Positions 42,701 to 44,007 of a stretch of DNA of 44,007 bases are shown piece after piece; within the stretch, counting starts at the first letter, position 1; each line of letters starts with the position of its first letter. Made by a program: the position numbers and the translations under genes. The notes under the pieces are model-generated. The model searched no databases, had not been told where the DNA came from, and saw only the letters and a program-made list of their open reading frames with translations. The DNA comes from Utricularia gibba (lineage: Eukaryota > Plantae > Magnoliophyta), in assembly GCA_002189035.1 (NCBI GenBank), contig NEEC01000134.1:1-44007 (forward strand), written 5' to 3'.

Positions 42701-44007
42701 ACCCTCGGGGCGCCTTGTGGCCCACCGAAAAAAGCCACGCTTTTTTCAACATTTGGATGTCCAGTGCCGCCACCTGGGTTTTGGCATGTTCTCCCTTCTT
42801 GAGGGGGGAGGTGTCTCGAGAGGCACCCGGCCCACCCTCGGGGGCGGTGTGCCCCAGGCGTGCGGCGCCGGCTCCGTGGGCATGGCGTGGAGGCAGCACC
42901 TCCATCGGGGCGAGTAGGGGTGGGTTCCCCTCAAGATGCTCGAGCAAGCACGTTCGATGTCTCGCACGGGACGCGTCCGCACGCCATGCGTGGGGCGGTG
43001 ACTCGCCATGGACGCCCGCCCGCACGCCTTGCTCGAGCATGCGCGGGGAATGTCTCGCGGGGACGGTTGCCCGCGCGCCATGCTCGAGCATGCGCGGGGA
43101 ATGACTCCCACGGGACGCCGCCCGCACGCCATGCTCGGACATGGGCGGGGAATGTCTCGCGCGGGACGCCCGCCGGCGCGCCATGCTCGGACATGGGCGG
43201 GCATGGCCGCGCGCGCGCCCCCCGCACGCCATGATCGAACACGCGCGGGGATGGCCTCGCGCGGGACGCCCGCCCGCACGCCATGCTCGGACATGGGCGG
43301 GCATGGCCGCGCGGGACGCCCCCCCGCAGGCCATGATCGAACATGCGCGGGGATGGCCTCGCGCGGGACGCTCGCCCGCACGCCGTGCTCGAGCATGCGC
43401 GGGAAATGACTCGCGCGGGAACGCGCCGCGCTCGAGCATGCTAGGCGATGGCTCGTCCGGAATGGCCTTTCGAGAAAATTCACGCTTTTTTCGACATTTG
43501 GATGTCCAGTGCCGCCACCTCCCTTTTGGCATGATCTCCCTTCTTGAGGGGGGAGGTGTCTCTGGAGGCACTGGGCCCACCCTCGGGGCGCCTTGTGGCC
43601 CACCGAAAAAAGCCACGCTTTTTTCAACATTTGGATGTCCAGTGCCGCCACCTGGTTTTGGCATGTTCTCCCTTCTTGAGGGGGAGGTGTCTTGGAGGCA
43701 CTGGGCCCACCCTCGGGGCGCCTTGTGGCCCACCGAAAAAAGCCACGCTTTTTTCAACATTTGGATGTCCAGTGCCGCCACCTGGGTTTTGGCATGTTCT
43801 CCCTTCTTGAGGGGGAGGTGTCTCGAGAGGCACCCGGCCCCCTCGGGGGCGGTGTGCCCCAGGCGTGCGGCGCCGGCTCCGTGGGCATGGCGTGGAGGCA
43901 GCACCTCCATCGGGGCGAGTAGGGGTGGGTTCCCCCTCAAGATGCTCGAGCAAGCACGTTCGATGTCTCGCACGGGACGGGCGTCCGCACGCCATGCGTG
44001 GGGCGGT
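36770..44007 (+). repeat. Array of ~1.0-kb type-A-variant subrepeats headed by motif triplets
   Basis: Triplets start at 37524, 38526, 39494, 40510, 41530, 42532 and 43542 (periods 968-1020 bp), with ~133-bp spacing inside each triplet. Confidence 0.9.

Larger units (their letters stand above)
35785..44007 (+). other. Intergenic spacer 3, truncated at window end; variant haplotype
   Basis: Follows 25S; unique 5' part homologous to IGS1/IGS2 but with several substitutions and indels. Confidence 0.95.

Overview
This window is part of a flowering-plant nuclear 45S (35S) rDNA tandem array, all on the + strand. It holds the 3' end of one 25S gene (1-1047), two complete 18S-ITS1-5.8S-ITS2-25S units (7469-13224 and 30033-35784), and three intergenic spacers: IGS1 6.4 kb, IGS2 16.8 kb, and IGS3 at least 8.2 kb (truncated). 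I support no protein-coding gene; the ORF track reflects GC-rich, stop-poor repeats and rRNA sense/antisense frames. I found no mobile element, 5S gene, tRNA or CRISPR array, and I cannot claim a new biological system. The notable biology is the spacer architecture. A ~133-bp module ending in a Pol I initiation-site-like motif (TCTTGAG5-6) occurs 10, 32 and at least 22 times in the three spacers, as doublets in IGS1/IGS2 and triplets in IGS3. These modules head ~0.84-1.0-kb subrepeats: type A built from ~52-bp palindromic units, and type B with a GNRA hairpin and (CG)n tracts. Adjacent units differ strongly (1 vs 12 B copies, a 2.19-kb higher-order duplication, a distinct IGS3 haplotype). ITS1 is unusually short (~134 bp). 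All counts and coordinates were read by eye; rRNA ends are approximate to a few nt, and single-base homopolymer differences may be sequencing error.
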